A stretch of 36,050 bases of DNA from an uncultured Candidatus Saccharibacteria bacterium (GTDB lineage: Bacteria; Patescibacteriota; Minisyncoccia; Phycocordibacterales; PALSA-1337): contig CAZAEF010000002.1 of NCBI GenBank assembly GCA_964484315.1, positions 1-36,050 on the forward strand. Direction: 5' to 3'. Positions 9,888 through 18,859 of this stretch are shown here, piece by piece. Below the pieces are notes generated by a model. That model saw nothing but the letters and a program-made list of their open reading frames with translations, did not search any database and was not told where the DNA came from. The position numbers and the translations under genes are program-made. Numbering within the stretch: position 1 is the stretch's first letter; every line of letters starts with the position of its first letter.

Positions 9888-10094
9888 ATGTACAAACCTA
9901 ATAAAATTCTTATAACTTTTGTTTATTTAGTTTTCGCAAGTTTGCCAACTTTTGGACTAGTAATTGTTATTTTAAACAGAAGTGTTTCTCCAGAGGTTCT
10001 TACTTGGTATGTATGTCTAGCGTTTGGTCTTATCGTGATCGGGATTTGGTATACAGTTATTAAAACTTTGGTTAAAGTTTGGAGAGGTTATTAA
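9888..10094 (+). CDS. Small two-TM membrane protein
   Basis: 68-aa ORF with two hydrophobic helices. No homology recognised. Confidence 0.35.
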   Translation: MYKPNKILITFVYLVFASLPTFGLVIVILNRSVSPEVLTWYVCLAFGLIVIGIWYTVIKTLVKVWRGY

Positions 10095-10139
10095 TAACAT
10101 TGGAATTGTGTATGCAACTATAGGAAATTCCTCATAAAA

Positions 10140-10148
10140 TGGTATAAT
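10140..10148 (+). promoter_or_regulatory. Extended -10 promoter TGGTATAAT, leaderless configuration
   Basis: TGGTATAAT ends 6 nt before the ATG at 10155. Confidence 0.5.
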
Positions 10149-10154
10149 CTTGTT

Positions 10155-10703
10155 ATGAAAAATATTGACGAGATCAGCAAAGAACGGGCTAAAAAACTGT
10201 TCGGTAGTCAAGAAATTGAAAGTTTTGAGACCGGTACAGCAAAAGGGTTGCAACAAATTCACGAATATTTGTTCGGTGGTCTTTACGATTTTGCTGGCCA
10301 AATCCGCGTGAAAGATATAAGCAAGGGTGGTTTCCGATTTGCGTCACATTTATATCTGCTAGAGAGTCTAAATAAAATCGGAGAAATGCCGGATAGGACT
10401 TTTGAAGAAATAGTAGCAAAATATGTGGAAATAAATATTGCTCATCCTTTTATGGAAGGCAATGGTCGGAGTATGAGAATTTGGCTAGATTTGATCCTGA
10501 AAAAAAATCTCAAACAATGTGTTGATTGGGCCATGATAGACAAATCCAATTATTTGAACGCTATGCAACGCAGTCCAGTGAACGATCTCGAAATTCGTGA
10601 GCTTTTGCGTTCTGCTCTGACTGACAAGATTCACGACCGAGAAGTTTTTATGAAGGGAGTAGAGCAATCATATTATTACGAAGAAGAAGGTTTTTATAAG
10701 TAG
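10155..10703 (+). CDS. fic: Fic family protein, class III (NmFic-like AMP transferase with C-terminal inhibitory helix)
   Basis: Fic motif [12 protein letters not shown] (HxFx[DE]GNGRxxR). C-terminal EQSYYYEE fits the Sxxx-E autoinhibition motif. 182 aa, with overall resemblance to Neisseria NmFic as I recall it. Confidence 0.8.
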   Translation: MKNIDEISKERAKKLFGSQEIESFETGTAKGLQQIHEYLFGGLYDFAGQIRVKDISKGGFRFASHLYLLESLNKIGEMPDRTFEEIVAKYVEINIAHPFMEGNGRSMRIWLDLILKKNLKQCVDWAMIDKSNYLNAMQRSPVNDLEIRELLRSALTDKIHDREVFMKGVEQSYYYEEEGFYK

Positions 10704-10819
10704 TAAAAAAACTGTTTGCTTAATATAAAAATTATAAAACAATGATCACTGACAGAAATTATCCTCGATGGTTTCGACTGTATATATGATAAGATAGGAG
10801 CATAAATTATTTAATACAT

Positions 10820-11269
10820 ATGAAACTACTCGTCGCATCTGATCACGCTGGATATGAAATGAAGAATAAAATCGTCACTTTTCTAAAGGATGAAGGATTT
10901 GATGTTGAGGATATGGGTGCGCATGTCTATAATAAAGACGATGATTATCCGAAGATCATGATTCCTGTTGCTATGAGAGTTGTATCTGATCCAGATACTA
11001 CACGAGCGATTATCCTAGGAAAATCAGGAAATGGGGAAGCTATGATATCCAATCGCTTCCCAGGTATAAGAGCTGCGGTATATCATGGCAAGAATCTTGA
11101 GATAATTCGACTAGCTCGTGAACACAATAATGCCAACATTCTTTCTCTTGCCGCGGGGTTTATCGAAGAAGAGGAGGCATTGCAGGCTGTAAAGCTTTTC
11201 ATAGCCACTCCTTTCAGCGGAGAAAGTAGACATGTGAAGCGCAATGATATGCTCGATAATATTGAATAA
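10820..11269 (+). CDS. rpiB: Ribose-5-phosphate isomerase B (RpiB/LacAB family)
   Basis: MKLLVASDHAGYEMKNKI N-terminus and 149-aa size are typical of RpiB. Confidence 0.85.
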   Translation: MKLLVASDHAGYEMKNKIVTFLKDEGFDVEDMGAHVYNKDDDYPKIMIPVAMRVVSDPDTTRAIILGKSGNGEAMISNRFPGIRAAVYHGKNLEIIRLAREHNNANILSLAAGFIEEEEALQAVKLFIATPFSGESRHVKRNDMLDNIE

Positions 11270-11293
11270 CTAGTTTAATTTTTTACATAATAC

Positions 11294-11959
11294 ATGGAAA
11301 TAATTCCCGCTATTCTACCAAGAAGTTTTAATGAAATTGAAGACAAAACTCTTCTCGTGAAAGGGTTAGCAAAAATAGTGCAGATCGATATCTGTGATGG
11401 AAAGTTTACTGCATCCACGACTTGGCCTTATAAGAAGAAAGATACGAATTTCGAAGATATTATCCATGAGAATAGGGGAATGCCTCTCTGGGAGGACATT
11501 GATTATGAATTTGATCTCATGATACAGGATCCGACTGAGCATGATGCAAGACAATGGCTTTCTGCTGGAGCTCTACGCATTGTTCTTCATGTCGAATCAT
11601 CAACTGATCTCACTCCGGTAATATCCATTCTCCATGGACTTGTCGAAATAGGATTGTCACTCAATGTCGGGACCCCAGTCGATGTTATAGAGAAATATAA
11701 GGATACAATATCGTATATACAATTCATGGGAATAACAAAAGTAGGTTTCCAAGGACAAGCTTTCGATACACGAGTGCTCGCAAAAATAAAAGAAGCGAGG
11801 GAAAAATATCCCAAACTTCCAATACAGGTTGATGGCGGAGTCAGTCTGGCTACTGCAGAGGAAATAAAGACAGCTGGAGCTCATAGGTTGGTTGTTGGTT
11901 CAGCTTTTTTTGAAAGTGATAATCCACAGGCGACTATGCAGAGATTTAGGGCGATATAA
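11294..11959 (+). CDS. rpe: Ribulose-phosphate 3-epimerase-like TIM-barrel protein
   Basis: IDICDGKF and QVDGGV resemble the Rpe metal/substrate motifs. Located between rpiB and transketolase. Diverged from canonical Rpe. Confidence 0.6.
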   Translation: MEIIPAILPRSFNEIEDKTLLVKGLAKIVQIDICDGKFTASTTWPYKKKDTNFEDIIHENRGMPLWEDIDYEFDLMIQDPTEHDARQWLSAGALRIVLHVESSTDLTPVISILHGLVEIGLSLNVGTPVDVIEKYKDTISYIQFMGITKVGFQGQAFDTRVLAKIKEAREKYPKLPIQVDGGVSLATAEEIKTAGAHRLVVGSAFFESDNPQATMQRFRAI

Positions 11960-12027
11960 TCAACAACCCCTTGCTTTTATGTGAATTTGTTGTAGTATTT
12001 GTTACAGACAACTAGATTTTACAACTT

Positions 12028-12480
12028 ATGAAAACAATAGCTCCCCAGACTCTATCATGGAAGTTTCCAGGATATTGGCCTGCTAGTGCTGCTGACAGTT
12101 TCCTCAAGACATGCAGTAGTCTCAGTATTAAATATCAATTCGCCTCTCGTATGATTGGTGATGTCAAGATCATGCCTAGGATCACTCCGGTTGATCTAGA
12201 AATTAATAAAAGTGGTAATTTCGTCATAACCATCAACAGCGCTCTTTTCGATCATGAACAAGCAAAATCGCTCGGGCGCGCAATCAGCCATACATTTCAT
12301 TATAATCTGACCAAGCACCCTCCTCAGAATGTTCTTCAGGATCATCTGGTGTCTGTGGCAGAATCTTTCTCCTCAGCCTTTTCCGAACGATGGCTGGAGA
12401 TCAATGATGTTGCTACGGTCGCTGAATGGCTACGAAAAAAACATCTTGCCGATTTTGTCGGATATGAGATGGATGAATGA
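12028..12480 (+). CDS. Hypothetical protein
   Basis: 150-aa ORF followed by a hairpin terminator. No motif recognised. Confidence 0.4.
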   Translation: MKTIAPQTLSWKFPGYWPASAADSFLKTCSSLSIKYQFASRMIGDVKIMPRITPVDLEINKSGNFVITINSALFDHEQAKSLGRAISHTFHYNLTKHPPQNVLQDHLVSVAESFSSAFSERWLEINDVATVAEWLRKKHLADFVGYEMDE

Positions 12481-12512
12481 TCTTTGGTCAGTCATCTCGA
12501 CTTTTTACACAG

Positions 12513-12533
12513 AACCGCTCTCAAGGCGGTTTT
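12513..12533 (+). terminator. Rho-independent terminator
   Basis: AACCGC-N7-GCGGTT hairpin followed by a T run. Confidence 0.55.
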
Positions 12534-12540
12534 AGTTTTG

Positions 12541-12549
12541 TGATATAAT
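12541..12549 (+). promoter_or_regulatory. Extended -10 promoter TGATATAAT, leaderless configuration
   Basis: TGnTATAAT ends 8 nt before the ATG at 12558. Confidence 0.5.
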
Positions 12550-12557
12550 GCTTTCAT

Positions 12558-13448
12558 ATGGCATATCTAGCATCTCTCACAGATCAAAAGGTACAACTAC
12601 TTACTGATAAAGCTCTAGCTATACGACAGTCAATCATAGATATGCTCATAGAAGCAAAATCAGGACATACTGCTGGTCCTCTAGATATGGCTGATGTTTT
12701 CTCTTATTTATTTTTTCATGCATTGAAGATTGATCCGAAACAACCATCATGGCCGTATCGAGATCGATTAGTCCTTTCCAATGGACATATTTGTCCTGTA
12801 CTATATTCCACCATGGCTCACGCTGGGTATTTTCCTGTTTCTGAATTGAAAACTTTAAGAAAATTTGGTTCTAAATTACAAGGACATCCTCACCGTGACT
12901 TTTTATCAGCTCTAGAGACATCTTCAGGACCACTCGGGTCGGGCTTGTCACAGGCGGTTGGAATGGCACTTGCAGAGAGAATTGATTTCGGAAGGACTTC
13001 TGGAAAACAATTCGTCTGTCTCACAGGTGATGGAGAACTGGACTGTGGGCAGATATGGGAAGCAGCAATGCTCGCAGGAAAAGAAAAGATCCAGAATCTT
13101 ACAGTTTTTGTAGATCGCAATAATATTCAGATCGATGGCTTCACCGAGGACATCATGCCACTCAACCCGCTTACTGATAAATGGAAGGCATTCGGTTGGC
13201 ATGTGCAGGAAGTCGACGGTCACAATTTTCGTGCTATAGATGGAGCGTGGACGCAGGCTATGTCTGTTTTCGATCGGCCATCGGTCATTATCTGCTATAC
13301 AATCGCTTCAAAAGGTATTCCAGAGTTCGAGCGAAAGTTCGAGTGGCATGGCAAACCGCCTACCACACCTCAGGAGATAGATACTGCGCGACAAGCACTC
13401 CATATGGTGAGAACAATGGGTGGAAAGGTGAGGGGAGAGCATGAATAA
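12558..13448 (+). CDS. Transketolase, N-terminal (TPP-binding) subunit
   Basis: GHTAGPLDMADV, SNGH and GDGELDCGQIWEA motifs of the transketolase PP domain. 296-aa split form. Confidence 0.9.
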   Translation: MAYLASLTDQKVQLLTDKALAIRQSIIDMLIEAKSGHTAGPLDMADVFSYLFFHALKIDPKQPSWPYRDRLVLSNGHICPVLYSTMAHAGYFPVSELKTLRKFGSKLQGHPHRDFLSALETSSGPLGSGLSQAVGMALAERIDFGRTSGKQFVCLTGDGELDCGQIWEAAMLAGKEKIQNLTVFVDRNNIQIDGFTEDIMPLNPLTDKWKAFGWHVQEVDGHNFRAIDGAWTQAMSVFDRPSVIICYTIASKGIPEFERKFEWHGKPPTTPQEIDTARQALHMVRTMGGKVRGEHE

Positions 13449-13498
13449 TATCTTTTGGCTAGTTCACAAATCAATTCCGTTTGGAATATGATTGCGGG

Positions 13499-13816
13499 AT
13501 GGAGATAATCATCTGGAATCAAAAAACTGAAAAATTCATCAGAGATCTTGAAAAAGATAGTCAATCTCGTGTATATAAAACCATTCGCATTTTGAAAGAA
13601 CTGGGTAATAGGATTTCCATGCCCGATTCTAAAAGTCTAGAGAAGGGTTTATTTGAGCTAAGGATTGTGGGAAGAAGCCACATAAGAATATTATATGTAT
13701 TTCACAAAGATAAGGCATATCTTATCCATGGGTTTATCAAGAAAGTTTGGAAAATAACTACAAAGGATATTAATTACGCTAGACGTATTCAAAAGGAAAT
13801 TGAGAAACTTGATTAG
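13499..13816 (+). CDS. Type II toxin, Gp49/HigB-like (RelE superfamily)
   Basis: LEKGLFELRIVGRSHIRILYVFHKDKAYLIHGFIKK matches the Gp49/DUF891 pattern (..LYELRI...YRILYFF....IVLLHGF.KK). Followed by an XRE antitoxin gene. Start set at ATG 13499. Confidence 0.8.
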   Translation: MEIIIWNQKTEKFIRDLEKDSQSRVYKTIRILKELGNRISMPDSKSLEKGLFELRIVGRSHIRILYVFHKDKAYLIHGFIKKVWKITTKDINYARRIQKEIEKLD

Positions 13817-13817
13817 T

Positions 13818-13833
13818 ATAACATATATGTTAT
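13818..13833. promoter_or_regulatory. Perfect 16-bp palindrome ATAACATATATGTTAT between toxin and antitoxin genes (operator candidate)
   Basis: Read directly from the sequence. Lies in the 29-nt toxin-antitoxin spacer. Confidence 0.5.
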
Positions 13834-13845
13834 CATGGTAGTGTT

Positions 13846-14112
13846 ATGAAAAATTTTAAACAACTTGAATCTGAATTTCTAAGTGATCTAGAGAATAAGA
13901 AGGCCTATGATGATCTCGAGGTTGAATTTGCCATTTATACTGCTTTGATCAAAGCTAGATTAGAAAAGAAACTCACCCAAAAGCAATTGGCTGACAATCT
14001 TGGAATAGCACAGTCTGCACTTGCGCGTTTTGAATCTGGCCGAGGAAATCCGACACTTTCATTTCTTAAAAAGATTACGAGGGGGTTGGGATTGAAGCTG
14101 ACAATTCTCTAG
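13846..14112 (+). CDS. XRE-family HTH antitoxin (HigA-like)
   Basis: LTQKQLADNLGIAQSALARFESGRGNPTLSFL is a classic Cro/C1 HTH. 88 aa, immediately downstream of the toxin. Confidence 0.8.
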   Translation: MKNFKQLESEFLSDLENKKAYDDLEVEFAIYTALIKARLEKKLTQKQLADNLGIAQSALARFESGRGNPTLSFLKKITRGLGLKLTIL

Positions 14113-14146
14113 GTGTGTGATTTTTGGTTTCCATGAGATAATTTGA

Positions 14147-14155
14147 TGGTATAAT
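14147..14155 (+). promoter_or_regulatory. Extended -10 promoter TGGTATAAT
   Basis: Exact TGnTATAAT, 7 nt upstream of a 21-codon ATG ORF (14163-14228) and ~100 nt upstream of the 14253 ORF. Confidence 0.4.
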
Positions 14156-14252
14156 AAAGCCTATGCGAAAAGAAGAAGTCATCTTTAAAACCTCGCCGAT
14201 CACTCGGTTGGCTTTATGGGAAATTTAAAAATAGGAATAATAATAAATTAAT

Positions 14253-14522
14253 TTGAAAAAATTTAATTACACACTTTTTGGAGGTATGATTGGGATACCT
14301 ATTGGGATTGGATTGTCCGTACTTCTATTATTGACTTCTCTTGGATCAGGACTCATGTATCTATTTTCAAGCATAGCGTCATTTGTAGAGTTGGTATTGC
14401 CTGGTCAGTCGAATGATACACAAAAGGCCTTATTGATAACTATATTTATTTCTATATGGCTGTCACTCGGATCTATTTGTGGTTTTGCATACGGAAAATA
14501 CAAGAACAGAAATGGGGTATAA
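14253..14522 (+). CDS. Small membrane protein
   Basis: 89-aa ORF (TTG start, uncertain) with three hydrophobic segments. No motif. Confidence 0.35.
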   Translation: MKKFNYTLFGGMIGIPIGIGLSVLLLLTSLGSGLMYLFSSIASFVELVLPGQSNDTQKALLITIFISIWLSLGSICGFAYGKYKNRNGV

Positions 14523-14529
14523 TTAAAAC

Positions 14530-15531
14530 ATGTTGATCTTATCTCAAAACCTAAACTCAAAAATTTTCGACACCAATGTTGAGCAAGTTCCTATTCGCAA
14601 GGGTTTTGGTGAGGGGCTATTGCGCGCTGCTGAACTTGATAAAAGAGTGGTTGGACTTTGCGCTGATCTTACAGAGTCAACACAGATGCATCTTTTCAGA
14701 CAAAAATTTCCTGAAAGATTCATCCAGATGGGAGTGGCAGAGCAGAATCTTGCTAGCACTGCATCTGGTATGGCTGCCATGGGTAAGATTCCTTTCATCA
14801 CATCCTATGCCATGTTTTCTCCAGGGCGAAATTGGGAACAGATCCGCACTACTATCTGCTACAACAATCAACCCGTAAAGATTGCTGGTTCACACGCAGG
14901 AGTTTCTGTTGGTCCAGACGGAGGAACGCATCAGGCGATAGAAGATATTGCAATCACTCGTGTCATTCCTCGGATGGTTGTAATTTCTCCCTGTGATGCC
15001 ATAGAAGCGCGCAAAGCCACTCTCGCATGTGCAAAGACAAACTCTCCTACTTATATCCGCCTTGCTCGCGAGAAGACCCCGATCATTACTACCGATACAT
15101 CACCATTCGAAATTGGTAAAGCGCAACTCCTTTTCGAACCAGCAGGTGGTGCACGTGCAGAAGTAGGTATTATCGCCACTGGCGCACTTGTCTATAAAGC
15201 CCTCAAAGTTGCTCACGACCTTGAGAAAAAAGGAAAAAAGATAAAAGTTTTGAATCTTTCTACGATCAAACCACTTGACCATGATGCTGTCTGGAGACTT
15301 GCGCACGAAACTGGCGCCATCGTCACTGTAGAAGAACATCAGATCGCTGGTGGTATGGGTTCAGCTGTTGCAGAATGCCTCGCTCTTCATTATCCAACCC
15401 CGATCGAGTTCGTAGGAATGCATGATCTTTTTGGTCAATCGGGCACTCCAGAGGAACTCCTAGAATATTATGGAATGGGAGAAAAAGATATCCATAGCGC
15501 TGTAGAGAAAGTCTTCTTGCGAAAGAAATAG
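14530..15531 (+). CDS. Transketolase, C-terminal (pyrimidine-binding plus C-terminal domain) subunit
   Basis: GVAEQNLASTASGMA, GPDGGTHQAIEDIA and IRLAREKTP are typical of the Pyr/C-terminal half. Confidence 0.9.
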   Translation: MLILSQNLNSKIFDTNVEQVPIRKGFGEGLLRAAELDKRVVGLCADLTESTQMHLFRQKFPERFIQMGVAEQNLASTASGMAAMGKIPFITSYAMFSPGRNWEQIRTTICYNNQPVKIAGSHAGVSVGPDGGTHQAIEDIAITRVIPRMVVISPCDAIEARKATLACAKTNSPTYIRLAREKTPIITTDTSPFEIGKAQLLFEPAGGARAEVGIIATGALVYKALKVAHDLEKKGKKIKVLNLSTIKPLDHDAVWRLAHETGAIVTVEEHQIAGGMGSAVAECLALHYPTPIEFVGMHDLFGQSGTPEELLEYYGMGEKDIHSAVEKVFLRKK

Positions 15532-15568
15532 ATAGGTATATAATGGTGCGAGCAGAAATTAGCACACT

Positions 15569-15838
15569 ATGAAAATTCCATCTTGGATTCCAGAATCCTT
15601 TTCCTCTTATCACCCTGTGTTTCATACAATAGAAGATTTGAAACGGGGTCATCCTCAAGCACCAAAAGTGCAAGGTTCCATCGGTTGGGCTCTCGTCGAC
15701 GGAGAGCATTATCCCTATCAACATGATGGGGTAATGTGGAAACTAATGCGAGCTGAAGCTCATTCTGAAAGTCATTCAGATCATCCTCACAATCCCCAAG
15801 TCCTCCGCATGTGGACAACAGGGACGACTGGGTCATGA
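15569..15838 (+). CDS. Hypothetical His-rich protein
   Basis: 89-aa ORF with an HSESHSDHPHNP tail. An equally long antisense ORF exists, so coding status is uncertain. Confidence 0.3.
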   Translation: MKIPSWIPESFSSYHPVFHTIEDLKRGHPQAPKVQGSIGWALVDGEHYPYQHDGVMWKLMRAEAHSESHSDHPHNPQVLRMWTTGTTGS

Positions 15839-15928
15839 AAATTCACGACAACAAAGACATACTCAGATATTCTGCGTATGCTCTTTTTTATTTTCAATTA
15901 TTGATGATGTGCGATATAGTAATAATCT

Positions 15929-17956
15929 ATGGGAATATTCAAGCTCAATTCCAAATTTGAACCTGCTGGAGATCAGCCAGGAGCTATCAAAGCTCTAGTT
16001 TCAGGTCTAAAAAAAGGCTATAGACGTCAGACCCTCTTCGGAGCCACAGGAACCGGTAAGACCTTTACCGCAGCTTCTGTTATCGCTCAGTTCAGCAAAC
16101 CCACTCTTGTCATTGCTCATAACAAGACTCTAGCCGCCCAACTCGCTCAAGAATATAGGGAGTTCTTTCCTGAGAACGCTGTGCATTATTTCGTCTCATA
16201 CTATGACTATTATCAGCCAGAGGCATATATGCCTGTGACGGATACATATATAGAGAAAGAGGCAATGATCAATGAAGAGATAGATCGACTTCGTCATGCT
16301 TCAACACAAGCTCTTCTCACGAGAAAAGATGTTATTATTGTCGCTTCTGTATCATGTATATATGGTCTCGGTAGTCCAGTGGAATATGAAAAGGAGAATA
16401 TGAAAATCTCAAAGAATATGGAACTTTCTCGCGCAGATCTGATCCGTCGTCTTATCGATATACATTTTGAAAGAACAAATGCAGATCTAGAAAGTGGTCA
16501 ATTCCGAGCCATTGGAAATATGATAGAAATCATGCCTGTCAATGACAAGACTATTTTTCGCATTGAGTATGAAGGTACTACAATTAGCCACATCATTGAA
16601 CTTGATCCTGTCACTCGCGCTGTCCGCGGAAGTCATGAAGTGATATTTCTCTTTCCTGCAAAACATTTCATAAGTACTGATGAACAATCAAAACGCGCTT
16701 TCACCACTATAAAATCTGAGCTTGCAGAACGTCTGATAGAGTTAGAAAAAGCTGGGAAGAATATCGAACGAGAACGTCTCAAGCGCCGTGTGACCTACGA
16801 TCTCGCTCTGATCAAGGAAGTAGGCTATTGCAATGGTATAGAGAATTATTCACGGCATTTTTCTGGTAAGAAGTCTGGCGAAGCACCAGACAGTCTCCTG
16901 GCATATTTTCCTCACAATAAAGATGGAAGTCCAGATTTCCTCACTGTGATCGACGAGTCACATGTGACCGTGCCACAACTAAATGGAATGTATGCAGGGG
17001 ACGCCTCTCGCAAGAGTACGCTCGTGGACTTTGGATTTAGATTACCCTCTGCAAAAGATAATCGTCCACTAAAATTCGCTGAATTCGAAGAAAGAGTTGG
17101 TCAGACTATATATACTTCAGCTACACCAGGACCATTCGAGAAAGAGAAGAGTGAACAGATCGTCGAACAGATTATACGCCCTACAGGTCTCATCGATCCT
17201 GTGATTGAGATCAAACCTGTAGCAGAAAAGGGTAAGTATGTAGGACAAATTTTTGATTTTATTATAGAAGCAGAGAAAGTAATCAAGCAAGGTGATCGAG
17301 CTATTGCTACGACATTGACGAAGAAGATGGCGGAAGACTTGAGTGAATTTCTTAAAGAAAAAGGTATAAAGGCGGAGTATCTCCATAGTGATATAAAGAC
17401 TATTGATCGCATCACTATACTCACGGATTTCCGAAAAGGTAAGTTCGATGTACTCGTCGGAGTCAACCTTCTTCGTGAAGGTTTAGACTTGCCAGAACTT
17501 TCACTCATTGGGATTCTTGACGCTGATAAAGAAGGATTTCTTCGTTCAGAAACATCTCTCATACAGATCATCGGTCGTGCCGCGCGCAATATTCGTGGTC
17601 GAGTGATTCTCTATGCAGACACAGTTACCGGCTCTATGGATAGAGCAATGAAGGAGACAGAACGTCGTCGTGCAATTCAGCTTGCTTACAATAAGAAACA
17701 TGGCATAACCCCGATGACAATTATAAAGAAGATACATGATATCACTGACCAACTCCGTAGTGATCATGACAAGGCTGTGCATGAACTAGTGAAAAATGAT
17801 ACAGAAATGGCTCGCACTAACCCGAAGAAACTAATGAAGATTAAAGAAGAAGAAATGGAAGAAGCGGTGAAGATTCTAGATTTTGAGACGGCCGCTCTGG
17901 TGCGTGATGAGATACTTGAGCTCAAGAAGATAATAGAAGAAGGGGATAATAGGTAA
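15929..17956 (+). CDS. uvrB: Excinuclease ABC subunit B
   Basis: GATGTGKTFT Walker A, DESH box, helicase C motifs and a C-terminal UVR motif (FETAALVRDEILELKK). Confidence 0.95.
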   Translation: MGIFKLNSKFEPAGDQPGAIKALVSGLKKGYRRQTLFGATGTGKTFTAASVIAQFSKPTLVIAHNKTLAAQLAQEYREFFPENAVHYFVSYYDYYQPEAYMPVTDTYIEKEAMINEEIDRLRHASTQALLTRKDVIIVASVSCIYGLGSPVEYEKENMKISKNMELSRADLIRRLIDIHFERTNADLESGQFRAIGNMIEIMPVNDKTIFRIEYEGTTISHIIELDPVTRAVRGSHEVIFLFPAKHFISTDEQSKRAFTTIKSELAERLIELEKAGKNIERERLKRRVTYDLALIKEVGYCNGIENYSRHFSGKKSGEAPDSLLAYFPHNKDGSPDFLTVIDESHVTVPQLNGMYAGDASRKSTLVDFGFRLPSAKDNRPLKFAEFEERVGQTIYTSATPGPFEKEKSEQIVEQIIRPTGLIDPVIEIKPVAEKGKYVGQIFDFIIEAEKVIKQGDRAIATTLTKKMAEDLSEFLKEKGIKAEYLHSDIKTIDRITILTDFRKGKFDVLVGVNLLREGLDLPELSLIGILDADKEGFLRSETSLIQIIGRAARNIRGRVILYADTVTGSMDRAMKETERRRAIQLAYNKKHGITPMTIIKKIHDITDQLRSDHDKAVHELVKNDTEMARTNPKKLMKIKEEEMEEAVKILDFETAALVRDEILELKKIIEEGDNR

Positions 17957-17975
17957 TTGAGTGTGTGGAGTAGTA

Positions 17976-17984
17976 TGGTATAAT
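17976..17984 (+). promoter_or_regulatory. Extended -10 promoter TGGTATAAT, near-leaderless
   Basis: TGGTATAAT ends 9 nt before ATG 17994. Confidence 0.5.
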
Positions 17985-17993
17985 TGCCATACC

Positions 17994-18791
17994 ATGAATG
18001 AAAAAATAATGATAGCGCTTGCAGACATTTCTCTCGCAAGTTTACTCTCGAAGGTTCTCTCTGAACAGGGTTATGTGGTGTCTTGTGTGAAAAATGGGCA
18101 AGAGGCACTCGATGGGATGCGTATTCAGAAACCCGATCTTCTCCTCATCGATCCAGAATTGCCAGGTATGAATGGTTATGCAGTATTGAGCGAGAAGAGT
18201 CTCGATCGTACTCTTACCAAGATTCCAGTTATTGTGATATCTAGTTCAGGTAGTCCTCTAGAAATGCATCTCATACCTTCCACATCGAGTACAAAGGATT
18301 TCATTGTGAAGACTCATATCGAACCTAGTGAGGTATTAACAAAGGTCGCATCAGTATTCGGTCGCATATTCGATCCTGCGAGTATTTCACAAGATATGGA
18401 TCAGAAGAAACCGGTTGTGGTACCGAGCAAAAAAATACTTTGGGTTGAAGATGATAAATTTCTCAGTATGATTCTTCTCAAGAAGTTCCAGTCGTCTGGA
18501 CATACCGTACTCAAGGCCACAACAGCAGAAGAAGCCTTTGCTCTCCTAGAGAAGGAGGTTCCAGATATCATTATTCTCGATGTTCTATTGCCCGGAATGA
18601 ATGGCTTCGATATTCTCCAGAAGATCAAGATGAGTGATAAATCAAAAAACATACCAGTGATTATTCTATCCAATTTGAGCAAGTCTGCGGATATAGAGAA
18701 AGCTCGTATGCTCGGCGCTCAGAAATTCCTCGTCAAAGCGGCAGTATCTCTCGAGGAAATTGTTTCTGCGGTCAATACTCTCACGAACTAG
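17994..18791 (+). CDS. Tandem receiver-domain response regulator without output domain
   Basis: The second REC is canonical: VEDD acidic pocket, ILDVLLPGMNG phospho-Asp, ILSNL, FLVKA Lys. The first REC keeps the LIDPELPGMNG Asp but has ALAD instead of the DD pocket. Confidence 0.8.
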   Translation: MNEKIMIALADISLASLLSKVLSEQGYVVSCVKNGQEALDGMRIQKPDLLLIDPELPGMNGYAVLSEKSLDRTLTKIPVIVISSSGSPLEMHLIPSTSSTKDFIVKTHIEPSEVLTKVASVFGRIFDPASISQDMDQKKPVVVPSKKILWVEDDKFLSMILLKKFQSSGHTVLKATTAEEAFALLEKEVPDIIILDVLLPGMNGFDILQKIKMSDKSKNIPVIILSNLSKSADIEKARMLGAQKFLVKAAVSLEEIVSAVNTLTN

Positions 18792-18859
18792 CAGACATTC
18801 CAAGTTTCATCACTCAAGCCTTTGCAGAAAGGTGGATTTTGTGTTATCATCCCTCCATT

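Noticed and set aside
14163-14228. 21-codon leaderless ORF (MRKEEVIFKTSPITRLALWEI) right after the TGGTATAAT at 14147
   Set aside because: Too short to evaluate and no recognisable motif. The promoter may simply serve the downstream membrane ORF and tktC. Kept only as a note.
17101-17589. Long antisense ORFs inside uvrB, uvrA, gap, the flavoprotein gene and others (for example 17101..17589, 19199..19684, 19681..20067, 9192..9740, 5942..6289)
   Set aside because: They lie completely within strongly supported genes on the opposite strand. Their compositions are typical of antisense frames and no signals are present.
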